From Lama glama (Eukaryota): a DNA stretch of 64,000 nucleotides. Below the pieces are notes generated by a model. The model saw only the letters and a program-made list of their open reading frames with translations. It ran no database searches and was not told the origin of the DNA. The position numbers were made by a program, and so were the translations under genes. Below are positions 37,201-50,400 of this stretch, one piece after another (within the stretch, counting starts at the first letter, position 1; each line of letters starts with the position of its first letter). The stretch covers positions 372,001 to 436,000 of the forward strand of contig CM052844.1 in the NCBI GenBank assembly GCA_028534125.1. The letters are read 5' to 3'.

Positions 37201-40200
37201 GTGTCTCGGGCCGGGACCTCGGCTTAGAGAGGAAGAGCCCTGGCCCAGCAGCGCTAGCCCAGCCTCGCTGCTTAACCCTTGCTTTGGGAAAAGCCGGATC
37301 CACTCAGATGAGCACCAGTTCTGCAGACACCACTTTCATGTCAATGTAAAAAACCACATTTGTTGATACCGCTCATCATGTTAGCTTAATCACACAAACC
37401 ACACACTCAATTACACAAAGTACACACAACACTTTGAAGCATCTTCCGCCTTCTCAATGGTTACGTTAGTTCCAATAAGGAATCCAACTGTACTGTGAGT
37501 TTTTAAAAAACAACCAAGCTTGTCTACTGCTGCTTAGCAAGCCAGGCAGCCCAGCAGGGACAGTCGCCTTTTCCGTTTCTGATTTACGACGTGCTTCGAT
37601 GCTGCTTCTTCACGACGAGGACAGCTCTTTAAGGCCGTCATTGTCCCTTACACAGCAGCAGGAGCACAGAAGGCCCTGACGGCCCCCCAGGGCCCAGGCG
37701 GAACCGCGTCCCCGCCCGGCTCCTGCACGACACCCCACGCCGCGCCACGTCGCAGCTCAGGACCAAGCTACACACTGCACGTCCACAAGCACGCGGCATG
37801 AAAGCCGCTGCACCGGCTACTCCGTCCTTCTGTGAGGGGCAGGAAAACGCGTGCTCTTACACAGGACCAGCCGTCAAGAACGGCTCTATTTTTAAGGGAG
37901 GCCAAAGCAGCTTTTTGAAGAGCAGAACAAAACAGGAAGGACATTCTTTCCCACTCCTACAACTGACTTCCCCAGAAAATACACCTTTGGCTTAAGTTAG
38001 TGTCGTCAGCTTGGATTCCAGGGCAGTAGTTTAGGGACAGAAGCAGCACCAGAAGGTCTGAGGCCAAGCCTATTCTTGAAGAACTGACTGCTAAGGCGCC
38101 GCCAGGCTGCGCTGCTACCCCTGCAAACCCACTGACTCCCGGATAAGGAGGCCCGTGGATGGCAGCTGCAAACCCTGAGAAGGCAAAGGCTGTCACCGTG
38201 GGGACCTTCCCGGGGCGGGCGCAGGTTTTGATGAACACGCAGCGCCCACCTTTTCTGCGGACACTCAGGCTCACACGGTACTCGCTTGAGGTGTCAGCAG
38301 ATGTGAGCGGAGCCACAATTAAAGCCACACCTCAGAGACTGGGACAGAGGGGGAGGGGAGTGTCCTCCCCGCCCCGTGCAGGCAGAGGAGTGGGGTGGCG
38401 GCTCTCACGTGGGCGCTTCAGTGTCGTGAGAGGAGCTGACCTCTTAGAACGTCTACCGCCTGTACTTCCTCCTGCCAGGTTGGCACCGGTCAGCGGTCCC
38501 CCAGGGGGGGTGGGCTCTGTCCAGCGTGGTCTCCCTGGTCCACCTGCAGCCCCCAGCACCTCCCACGTGGGCGTGCTGCTGCTGTGAGGCTCTGGGCTGA
38601 GAACGGGCCATTCAGCCACGAGTGCATCGCAGCCACTGTAATTCTGAAAATGCAGAGTTGCAACATCACTAAAACCTGTTTTTACTTTTCTGATTTTTTT
38701 TAGAGCTGCTTTGTAAAGCAGTGGAAAATAAAACAGTTTCTCTAGTTTCATCACAAAGTAAGTTCTCGTGTTACCTCGGGTGTCCTGGACCTATTTCAGC
38801 CTTCACTTATTTTTATCTTTTTAATCATAATAAGGCACTGCCACGGGGCCTGCTATTTTGGGAAGGAGAGAGTGGGACAGTGCAGGGCCTGCATGACAAC
38901 AAGTCACGGTTTTAATAAAACATTTCCCTGCCAGCTGGGTGTGGGGCTGCACTGACGGGCACCATTGTTACGTGGGACTGCCAGCCATTAAAACGGAATA
39001 ATTGTCCTACCTCGGTGGCTGCTTCCTTATTTAGCCTGAACACTCCCAATATTGCAAACCCCCGTGTGGAAACTCCAGCGTCCGCAGGGAATGGGCCAGC
39101 CGCGTGCCTGGGAGGGGCCGCGGCCAGTCCACGTGCCCCCACCGATGTGTCGCGGGGCGTATGCCTCCCATATTCCTGGGGCATTATTTTATCAGCGCCA
39201 AGCGCATTCCGCTTCCTCGCTGGGATCATTAAACCACCACCAAGCATTTCCAGGGCTCGCTCTGTGCCATTAGAAAACACATTCTCCCCAGTTATGAAAT
39301 TCCTAGTCAAACGATTAACGGAACGGGAAAAATTAAAAAGCCTCAAAGTCCCCTTTAATTAAGAAATAAAATACAGTACATGGACCTGGACAAGGAGGCA
39401 TGTGGGTCTGCAGGCTGGCCTTCCTGCCCCTCTGCCTTGGGACACGGGTCCTTCCCATGAGGTCAGGGGACCCCAGGTCCCGAGACACCAACCAAGGGGC
39501 TGTTCCTTCTCTGCGGGGCAATGGAGGGGGATCATGAGGCCGAACGTTCCTGCTCCGAGTCTGGGGCCCGAGAGGGTCCGGGTGGATCAGAAAGGAGCCG
39601 GGGCCTGGCCTCTCTCCGGGCGTCACTGCAACACCCCGGCTGCCGGGCTTGTGGACCCTGCTCCCTCCCGAAGCCGTGTGCCCTTGGTGGGCTGTTGAGA
39701 GCACAGGCGAAACCTGTGGGTGTCGGGGTGCGTGGCGTGCGGGTGTTTGTTCTGGTTTGTGTTGGGTGTGGCTCTTGGCAGGATTAACTAGGAAGGGGCC
39801 AGACGTGGCTGGTGGGGTGAGCCTGGCGTGGGGGCACAGGGTCACTGCAGGCGAGCACCTCGGCCTGTTTCACAGTGCGGTGCCTCCAGTCCACCTTCAA
39901 CAAGGGTCCAAACTGTAGCTGCGGAACCCAGGTGGCGTGCACCCTCCCTGCGCCCCCACACCTGCAGCAGGCTGTCGGGCACCTGGCCCCCCTCCCGCCT
40001 CGGCTGGGGCTGTGTCCAGCGGGCTGCGTCTCTCCACGCCGTCCTGTGTGCCGACGGAGGCAGTCACAACTGTCCCAGGACAGCAGGGCTCAGACCTCCT
40101 CCCGGGCTCTGCACCCAGCCACCCGGCCACCTCTGCCTCGTCTCCCCCTCAGTCAGATCCTGAATCGGCACATGGGTCCCGGACACAGCCGAGCCCCTCC

Positions 40201-43200
40201 CCCTGCTCCAACGCCACTAGCCTCAGCCCACTGATGCAACCCATCCCACAGTAGAGCCCGTGTCTCCAGGGTGGAGGCCCGGGGCACGCAGGGTCTCAAG
40301 AGCCCACACGCCCCCGGGGCGGCCCCTCTCCTCAGCCCCCCTCCACCCCCCTCCAGCTCCGTCCCAGCCCTTCTCCTGGCCCCGGAGGACAGGCCACCTG
40401 GTGCCTCGTGCGTGTCCACAGGTCCTTCAAGGGTGTTGTCTGCTCCCTCCCCACTTGAGGGCAAAACCACCTCTGAGTGTCGACAACAAGAGCCAATAGC
40501 AGACCCTGTTCATTCTGTGAAGATCTGAGCAGAAAAGTCACAGGAGGCATGAGGAAAAAAGTGTGCAACACACCACGCTGGTAAGCTACTCTCAAACCCC
40601 CCAATTTCGAAAACAACAGGCAGGAGTCAGAGAAGTCGGGCAAACGCGACGGGCCCCAGAACCCCTGGGACATATCGACCCCGCGGCAGGAAAAAAACCA
40701 GGGTTGAATTTTTGTATTGATTATCCAATTATTAATCTTTATAGAAGTTATTCCAACACTGCACATAATGAGCAATTCATCAAAGTATATTAGGTGCCTT
40801 GGACGTGGCCTTCAGTACAAAGGCCCATTAAGTTCCCTGTAATTGCACATTACTGGAGCTTTCGCTGCCTCTAAATCAAATCAACAGGGCCGGAGTCTGT
40901 GCGCAGTCTAATTGACTTTATGTAATAACGGCGTGCCCCTGGTGATTACCAAAATGAACCACCAGTCCCAGAAACCACTTCTCAGCCAGAGCCACGCAAC
41001 AGCCGTCTCCAACAGTCCCCGAGAGACAGGCCGGATCAGTCACCTGCGTGTTCTCGCACATGGAAAGGACGCCGGGGCCCTGAGCTGGGGACCACAGTGG
41101 GGCCAGGGTGCGTCCCTGGGGGAAGCGTCTTACAAGCTGGTTTCCGGAGGAAGCTCCATTGATGGAGGGTCCTGAACTCAACAGAAGTAGAGCCTGGCGC
41201 TGGAAATCTGCCCCACAGGGGCCTCGCGCCATCTAACACTGCACCTCCCGCCTGCACCAGCGACGCCGGCCAGGACACAGGGCAGACAGCTTCCAAGGCT
41301 TGGCTCCCTGTCCTTATTCCTCTGAGACATCCTGAAACGACCTCAAAAGCCCTCAAGTTCAGGGCAGGAGCACCACACCCCCTGGCCTCCGGAATTCCCT
41401 GATCAGGAGCCTCCCCGGGCGCCGTGGTGCCACCTGGACTGCCGCTGAAGCTGGGAATGCCGTTCAGCTGTGCGCTGCCCTCTCCCACCTCGCTCTAGTT
41501 CCCGGGGGCCAGGGCTCCGGGCTGGTCTCCCCACGCATCTTGACAGTCCTGCAAGTACTGCCTGGTTTACGTCCTCCTTCGAAGGTCGAATTAACCCTTT
41601 CCCAGAGTTTCCGCGAGACGCGGGGACCGCACAAGCCCCCGAGCACCCACGGTGAAGCTCCGGCTAGTCGTCTGCAAGTCGTCTTGCCTGTTGAACCTCT
41701 TCCTTCCCGTGGGGCTGAGCTGTCCATTTGGAAACTTAGCGTTCATTCCACTTGTATATCTAAATTTGATTTCTGAAGAAGCCTTGAAACGCATCCCCAA
41801 AACAGCCAGTAAGTGAAAAGCAAGCTGTTCAGGGTATTTGTTCCCAGTCAACGTTCATTCAGACTGAAGCCCAGCGAGACCTAACGTGGGGCCACGCGCA
41901 GTCACCTCTGTGACTGTGTGGGTGCTTCCCGGGGGGGTGGGCGGGGCTTAGGGATAAGCTGGTGGCCGGATCCCGTCACCAGGCCTGATGTCCCTGGATG
42001 CTGGGATGGGGCCCTCAGGTCAGGAGCGGGGCCAGAGCCCTGCACCTGCCCCCTGATCACTGCGAACCTGGCCCACAAGCTCCCTGCACCAGAGCATGAC
42101 ACATCCCGGCAAAGCACTGTGAGTTCAGCAGGCCCCAGTCCAGCAGATAGCATGGATATAAGCAGTGATCAGACGGCTTAAAAAAATTCCCTCCCCCCCC
42201 CGGGGGGGGGGGGAACAGGGCCACAGCCGATGGGGTGTGCGTGGGCGTGTGAATCCTGTGTTCCTCTAACCAGCAGGGGCAAGGAAGGGCCCTGGGAAGG
42301 AAAGTCGCTGGGGAGGTCTCATCTTCCCACCACCTGGTAAGTGCTGGACGCCGTCCGCTGAGTGAGGCTCACAGCCCGGCAGGCCCAGCTCCCCTCGCTG
42401 TGTCCTCTGTCCCTTGGGGCAGGCAGAAGCCACGTCAGTGCCCGCCCCAACACAGGTGGTCGGGTGACCCCAGCACCCGCTCCAGGGACTTAGCATGGTG
42501 GCAGTCAGCGAGCTCGGCCCCTCGGTGGTGGCCGGTGGGCACAGCACATTTCTGAGCCAGAGGTCGTGAGCCCTGCAGCCAGCCTGGCCTTGAAAGTAGA
42601 AACAGGAAGCGGGGCAGAAGAGGAAGCCGCCAGCGAGGGAAGGGCAGGCTCTGGGGAGATGCAGCTCGGGCGCCCAGGTCACAACTCACCTGAGGGACCC
42701 AGCATCCATCACCAGTTTCCACCCCCACCTTTCCCTGCTACCCCTGGATTCCGCACCATCACAGCAGGAAGCTGCACGTGGGATGGAAAGCTGGCATTTA
42801 ATCCAGTGGAAACCACCGTTTCCATCTCAACAAGTGACGAGACTGTGAAAAGAGTGCCAGGGCCGGTGGCGTGGTGATGAGGCCTGCCGGGGCTGGGGCA
42901 GTGGGGAGAGGGCGCTTCCCAGCCCGTGCGGACCAAGGTCCGAGCGACAACTGGACCTGCTCTCGGTGCTTCCTCCTCTGGCTAAACACCAAGTAACAGC
43001 AGACCTCGACAAACATCATTCGCGCACTTTTCTTAAGTTAAAATGTACTAAGAAGCGCCTGCACCCCACCCCCCGCCTCCCGCACTATGAGCTTTTCCAA
43101 GGGTGGCCGCAGACGCCCCTGCTGACGCCAGAGCAAACACTCAGGTGGCGGACCCAGCTCAGCCCGGCGGCTGCCACCTCGCCCGTCCGTCCGCCAGCAC

Positions 43201-45742
43201 CTCTCTCTCCAGCCGGCTGCCCGAGGGAGCATGTCTGCTGTGCTGGGAGGCTGGGAATCCCAAAAAACAATCTTAAATCCACAAAAATAATTGAAGTTTG
43301 CGTCTGCTGAGCAGCCCGGTTCCATTCTGATTTTTATTACAACGTCAACAAGAGTTTAATTTGTTTTAAAGTTTGGGTTCTTAAATCTGAGTGATATGCG
43401 GCAGTTTACAGCTTGCTGGCAATGGCTACTGTGGAAAAAAAACGCAAAGTGCGTATAAAGGGGATTCTAAGTTTGACGTTGTGAAAGCAAGGGGCTTTCA
43501 CACCAGAAGCAGCAAACAGCGCAGCCCCCTTCCCTCAGCCCCCCACCCCCCACAGCGGCCCGACACGTGACCACGGTGGCTTGGCTCTCCTTGCCCGATC
43601 TCGTCCTGGGACAGTAATTAAGAGGAAGGCCCTCAAACGTAATTTCTAGCACTAAATATTCGCAGACACGGGGCCGCTCGTGGTACAACCGTCTCACCTG
43701 GGCTCCTTCCTAAAAGTCGATTCCAGAGAAAACCCTGGGGGGGCTGCCCCACCCCCACGGGTTGAATTTCTCCTTCACTAGACTTCAGTCTGCGTCTGCC
43801 AGTCGGGCCCTGAGTAGTTGGACCAAAGCGGGTGTGAGAAGACGGCTCCGCCTCAGACACACTCTGCTGCAAGATGCCAGCCTCTGAGGCTCGCCTGGGT
43901 TTCCCGCCCTGGGTTTCCCGCCCTGGCTTCTCTTGGGGCCCAGCTCTAATCTCTGCTGAAACCATTGCAGACACACAAGACCAGGCTGCAAACCAACTGG
44001 CTTTATGGGCAGAAAGGATGGAGGAGGCTGTAAAACAGTCTGTCCTGGAGGCCGAAGAGGCCTGCCCGCGTGGGGCCCCCTCGCAGGGCAGCGGCCTGGC
44101 TCGCAGCCGAGGGCCCCACGATCCCCCCTACCCTGGCCCCCGCGTCTGGGCTGCAGACAGTGCCTCTGCCGCACCTCCCCCGTCTGTGCGGCCCGGACTG
44201 GAGCCAGAGCCCGGGAGTCGCAGACCCTAGACGTTGCCGAGGCGCTGGCTCTGCTGCCTTCAGCTCTTCCTGCTGCGTCTGGAGTAACAGCAGCTGTGGG
44301 GCCTGATAGGCCCTGGGGGGACCTTCGCCCCGAGGGGGAGGGCGGCAGCCTGGGAAGGCCCGCCCCCAGCCCCCGCTGACTGCAGAACAAAAGGAAACCA
44401 GCCCCGGGTTCTGGGAGCGATAACTGTGTGTCCTCAGGGGGGCCGGCCCGCCCGGCCCATTGTCCCAAGTACCAGGCTTTGATTAGCTGGGGTCCCCCGG
44501 GCCTGATAAGGGCGGATGTGGGGAACAGACTCTCTTTGTTCTCTGTGATGTGGAAGTGTCCACATTACAATCTGGAAGGAAGGAAGAGCACTGTGTCAAA
44601 ATTCAAACTGAAAAAGGTAAAGGGATTCAAAGCTGTGCCCACGGTCGGAGGCGGCGCGCGGGGGTCCTGCGAGCGGCCCCGATTTAACGAGAACCCTGGA
44701 TTCGGCTGAACAGTAAGTGGTGGAGGAGCGCACGTGTCTCTCCTCCCCAAGAGGAACTCTGTCGTCACGCTCGTGTCAACAACGGGAGTTAGAACTTCCC
44801 TCCAGCACTCCTGAGAGAGGGCTGCGTGCCCCGCACTCGGAGGAGGACACACAGGACGCACACAAGCCCCCCTTCAGAAGCGCTGTCCTCCGTGGCGCCC
44901 AGCACCCCAGCAAAGCTGGACATAACACTAGCGAGGAGAAGCTCTTCCAGCCGCATGAGGGCGAGGACTGACCAGGGAACACGCCCGCCAGGCTACCGCC
45001 GGCCTTTCCCAGACACCTTCACTTAACAGAGCCACGTGACGCGCGCTCTTTGCGCCTGGCTCTTCGACTCAGCACGATGGGCTCAAGGTCCAGCGGCTTC
45101 CAAGCACCAGCCAGCGCTTCCTCCTCCTCAGGGCTGAGCGCTACTCCACTGCCCGGATGCGCCTCACGCTTTCCGTCCATCCGTGCGCTAGCGTCTGGAC
45201 ACCAGGCTGTCTCAAAGCCGGGATACTATAAATGATGCTAAGACATTTGTGTGCAGGTCTTTGTGTGGACACACACGTCCATTTCTCTTGGGCAGGCGCC
45301 TAAGCGTAGAACTGCTGGGTCTCACAGCGAATTTACGTTCCACTTCTAAGACACTGTCAAGCGGCCGTAATGCAGGACGTCCCCACCAGGGAGTGAGAGG
45401 TCCAGTTTCTCCGCGTCCTCCCCAGCGTGCTGGTGCCGCACTCCCTGTGATGGTGACGCTGAGTGTCTTTTCACGTAGCTACTAGATGTTCACTCATCTT
45501 CTCTGGAGAAGCGTCTACTTCAACCTTCTGCCCAGCTTTTGACCAGGCTGTTTCTTAGTACTGAGATATGTTCTCTGCATATTCTAAATACAAACCCTTT
45601 ATCAGACTGTTTTGAAAACGCATTCATCCTGCCTACTGTTTGTTTTTTCCTTTTTCTTAATTGTATCTCTTGAAGTACAAAAATTTTGCATTTTGATGAA
45701 ATCAGATTTATCAGTTTTTTAATTCTATGGGCTGTTTTTGGT

Positions 45743-45870
45743 NNNNNNNNNNNNNNNNNNNNNNNNNNNNNNNNNNNNNNNNNNNNNNNNNNNNNNNNNN
45801 NNNNNNNNNNNNNNNNNNNNNNNNNNNNNNNNNNNNNNNNNNNNNNNNNNNNNNNNNNNNNNNNNNNNNN
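45743..45870. other. Assembly gap (N run)
   Basis: Run of Ns. Confidence 1.
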
Positions 45871-47275
45871 GAGGTGTGAGGTGAGGGTCTAAGTTTACTT
45901 TTTTGCAGGTGGATATCCAGTTGTTCCAGCACCATTTATTTAAGAGGCTATCCTTTGCCGTAATTAAGTGGAGAGCACTTTTGTTAAAAAACCAATTTAC
46001 CATAAAAATAAGGATTTATTTCTGGACTCTCAAGTCTGTTCCTTTGATCTATATGCCTTATGCCAATACTACACTGTCCTGATTAGTGTAGCTTTAGTGT
46101 GGTTTTGAAATTGAGAAATGTGAGTCTTCCAACTTTGCTCTTTGTTTTCAAAAATGCTTTGGCTATTCTGCATTTTTTCTAACTTTCATATAAATTTAGG
46201 ATCATTTTCTCAGTTTCCGAAAAAAAAAAACCCTCTAGAATTTTGGTAGGGATTGCATTGATTGTATAGATTAATCCCATTGTGATCAGACTGAATCCTT
46301 TAAAATTTATCCAGGCTTTATGTGGCCCAGTGGGGAGTCTGTCTGGAGAATGCTCCATGATCACCCTGCTTGGGGAGAGTCTAGGCCCAGCGGGCCGACG
46401 GCAGTGGCTCGACCGTCCCGCGTCCCTGCTGCCTTTCCGTCCAGCTGCGCTGTCCATTATTGAGGGGGGAGTACTGGCATCTCCAGCAGTTTCTTAATTG
46501 TCTTTAGATTTACCCCTTCAGCTCTGCTAGTCTTTGTTTCCTGTGCTAGAGGGCTCTGCCGTTAGGTGCAAATACATGTACACTTGCTGCATCTTCCTGC
46601 TCAGTTTGCTCATTAGAAAACGTCCCTCTTTGTCTCCAGTAACATTTTCTTTGGTCCTCAGTCTGTTCTGTCGGATACTGGTGTCGCTGCTCCAGATCTC
46701 TGTTCGCTGTTGGCACGATACATCTTTTCCAAGCTTTCACTTATAATCTGTTTGTGTCTTTAAATCTAAAGTGTGCTTTCTGTGGACAGCACATAGCTGG
46801 ATCCCCACCCCCATCTGGCCTGACAACCCCCTCCCTTTACGAGGGTTTCATTTATTTACATTTAATGTAACTTTTATACGGTGGGACATACATGCGCCGT
46901 TTTGCTGTTTGTTTTCCACGTCTTGTGGTTTGGGTTTTTTGTTGTTCTTACCTTCTTTCACTGCTGCCTTCTTTTTATTTTCTAGTGTATCATTTAAATG
47001 CTTTTTTAAAACCCTGTTTTGTTTACTTAACTTATTCTTGTTTTTTTTAGCAGGTCCTCCAAAGATTACAGTACTCATCTAACTTTAAAATATTTATTTC
47101 AGAGTAATACTTATTAAACATACAGCAACTTTATTCCAACACAGCTTCCTCCCCTGCTCCTTCCTTTGTGCTATCATTGTCACACAAATGACATTTTATA
47201 TATTATGAGCCTATCAGAACAGTTTTGTAATTATTGTCCTAAGTATTTTTTTAATAAGTTAGGAGGAAAAAAGTA

Positions 47276-47429
47276 TTTTTCCTTTTCTTTGTCTTCCTTT
47301 TTTTTTTTTAGGGGAAGAGGTAACTAGGTTTATTTATTTACTTATTCTTTAAGTGGAGGCACTGGGGATTGAACCCAGGACCTCGTGCGTGCTAGGCAGG
47401 CACTCTACCAGTGAGCTGTCTCCTTCCCC
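47276..47429 (-). mobile_element. tRNA-derived camelid-type SINE inserted in the intronic L1
   Basis: Reverse complement reads ggggaaggagacagctcactggtagagtgcctgcctagcacgcacgaggtcctgggttcaatccccagtgcctcc...taaataaataaacctagttacctc. Confidence 0.9.
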
Positions 47430-50400
47430 AGAAGAAAGTTTTTGTTAATGCTCTTCTGTCTTTTTATTTACCTGTGTAATTACTTTCACCAGCACTTTAT
47501 TCCTTCGCGCGGATCTGAGTCACCATCAGCCTGAGAGACTCCCTTTAGCTCCTCCTGTGGCTCAGGTCCCAGTATCTTTCCTTATTTTGCCTTCTCGTCC
47601 AAGGCTAGCTTTGCTGCATGTGGGCTGCGTGGTCAGCAGCCCTCCTCTGAGCACTTCGAGTGGGTGACTCCACTGCTTTCTGGCTTCCATGACCGCGAAT
47701 GGGCAGTCAGCGCTGACCTTACTGCAGCGTCCACGCACCTGCGACTTGTTCTCCTCTTGCTGCTTTTAGAACTGTCTCTTTTTCTTTGACTTTGGACAGT
47801 GTGGCTATGATGTGAGCTCTGATTTTATCCTACTTGGAAGTTGTTGACCTTTTGGGATGTGCACAATGTTTTTCAACAAATTTGGGAAGATTCTGACCAT
47901 TGTTTCTTCCAATGTTTTTTCTACCCTTTCCTCCCCTCTTCTGGAGTCCCATTATGCACACATTTGTATGTTTTACGGTGTCCCACTTGTTCTTTTTCTT
48001 TAATCTTTTTTCTCTCCACCCCTCAGACTGGACAGTCTATTGATCTTTCTTCAAGTCTGTCGATTCTTTTCCTCCGTCAGCTCCAAAACGTTGTTCAGCC
48101 CTTCTAATGAACTTTTCATTTCAGTTATTATACTTTTCAACTCTAGGATTTCCGCTTGGCTCTTTGAAAATATACGTATTTCTGTCTCACTGCTGATCCT
48201 CTCCATCTGGTGGAACACAGATGCACTACTTTCCTTTAACCCTATAACGTGGTTTCCTTCAGCTCCTTGAGCATGTCTGTGGCAGCTCAGGTACTTGGCT
48301 GCGAAGCCCAGTGCCTGAGCCCCCTCAGGGACACCGTCTGCTGTATGTGGTTTTATCCCTGCCTATGGGACGTATTTTCATGTTTCGTGTCTCATAACGT
48401 TTTGTTTGAAAGCTAGACGTTGTAGGTAAGACACCGCAGCAGCTCTGGAATCTGCCCCCCCCACCTACCCCTCCAGGATTTGCTGTTATCGCTGGGTTCT
48501 TTCTTCCCCCCTAGTTGCTGCTTACTTGGTTCGTGACTCTCCTGGACTAATTCTGCAGATTCTGTATCTCTGCAGTGTGTGGCTACTAAGTTCTCTGATT
48601 CTCTTTTTGAAAAATGTGTGTTTATTTTTTAAGCTCAGCTTCCTAGGGGTCACCCTCAGGTTAGCACAGTTTAACGGTCAGTCGAGTATCAGTCAGGTGT
48701 TTTTAACTGCCTTGAGCCATGAGGCCTCCCCTTTTTGTTGAGGGCATCTGTCTACCAAGGCCCACCTCTGACTCGCCCACAGTTCAGCCAGCCTGGGCTT
48801 CACTTCCGCTTGTACAGGGTCTCAAGGTGGACGAGCCGGAGGTGGACGACTGGGCCCTCTCCTTGCCCAGGTCTCCCTGAGCATGTGCACACCCGTGTGC
48901 GTGTGTGCAGTCTTCCAGACCCCCAGGAACACAGCAGGGCTTTCAAACTCCCCTGTGGTCACCTAGCTTGACAAGGCTCACTTGCTCAGTTGAGATCACG
49001 GCCTTGGGCGGCTCCAATGAGCACGATGCCAGCCCTCTGCTGTTTTTATCCTGCCCTGGGAATGAGGCTTTCTGGGGAGCTTCACGACCAGTCAAAATAC
49101 AGATTGCGTTTGGGGTGCAGCTTCTAACAGAGCCCCAAAGAGGCCAATCTCCTTCACTGTCTATGAAGCTGCGGCTTTTCATGGCTGCACACCATGGAGC
49201 TGGCAAGGGGGCAGGAGGAACCCCAAGCCACAAAGCCACAGAACCTGCCTCTCTCACCAAGGTCCAGCGTCCCTTTTGTTCTGCCTCTGGTTAACTTCCA
49301 GATTCTGAGATACTTTACCTGAGAGTTTTGTCAGTATTTTCAGTGCTTTTCTGGGCAGTGCTGACTCGCCAAGCTTCTCTCCCCATCATTTTGGAAGTCC
49401 TGTCTGTCCCCAGGCCTTCCTCAGTTATTGGAAATACCTCAGTTAATAACCAGATATTCTTTGAGGAAGGAAAACACGTACTACCCTTCTCTTTGGCTTG
49501 CAGAATCAACTCACACTTGAAAGCTGGGCTTCTGAGCATAAATCTTTGTTCACTGCATCTCTACTGGGTGAAAAAAGAGTCGGTAATACAGCCAAGCCTT
49601 GGGAGAGTAGAGACGGGGTTCGCATCGGAGGTGGCCGATCAAGGCAGTCCCCTGGCTCGTCACTCACCGGTGTGACTCAGAGCAAGTCAGACAACATTCT
49701 TCTCTGTGCTTGTTTCCTTCTTTGCAAGGAGGAGTTAAGTCCGTCCGCCGGCCGTAAGGCTGTGGACGCAAACAGGCAACATTCGTAAAAGTCACTTCGG
49801 AAGGAACCAAAGGCTGCACATCAACATTACCACTGCCATCTGGGTTTTCTGTGTCGTGTTGGGTTGGGAACAGCTTTTTCAGCTCTGATGGGCGAGGATT
49901 ACTACCAAACAGTCTCCACGTTCGAACCTCTCCCTGGACCTGAGGGACAGCTGGGAGGCCCTCACTCCCTGCTCCTTCAGAACCCACGTGAAGAAGGCGC
50001 TCTGTGTCAGGTAGGTCTCAGGTGTGCCAGCTGCTGGCTCGCTGGTGGTGCCTGGGTCCGGTTACAGGTCCTGGCTACTCTGAGCCCGCTGCCCTGGTCA
50101 CCACTCTCCCCAAGGAGACGCCACGCCCTGACAGCCTATCAGCAGCTGGGCTCTCTGAATGTGGCCACTGTGCCTCTGAGCACCTCCAGCTCCGGCTTCA
50201 CGCTCTGGTGGCACAGCACAGCGGTGTGCTATTTGCTGGCACAAGATCTGAAACCATCTGTCAAGCACGCTTGTTCTTAAGTGAGAAAGCACTCTGAGAC
50301 GTGCAGCATCAGACAAAGAAACGCAGAGACTGGGCCAGGGCCATACAACCTGGTCTGAAACGGAGATAGAGCCGGCGGGCGCCGCTGGAAGGCGCTCATC

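Larger units (their letters stand above)
45050..49430 (-). mobile_element. Old L1 (fragmented or composite) in the last intron, in the same orientation as NFATC1
   Basis: ORF2 peptide [28 protein letters not shown] at 45871-45960, antisense ORF1 landmark tttttcaacaaatttgggaagattctgaccatt at about 47870, and a 5'-end-like motif ccatcattttggaagtcc at about 49385. Confidence 0.85.
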
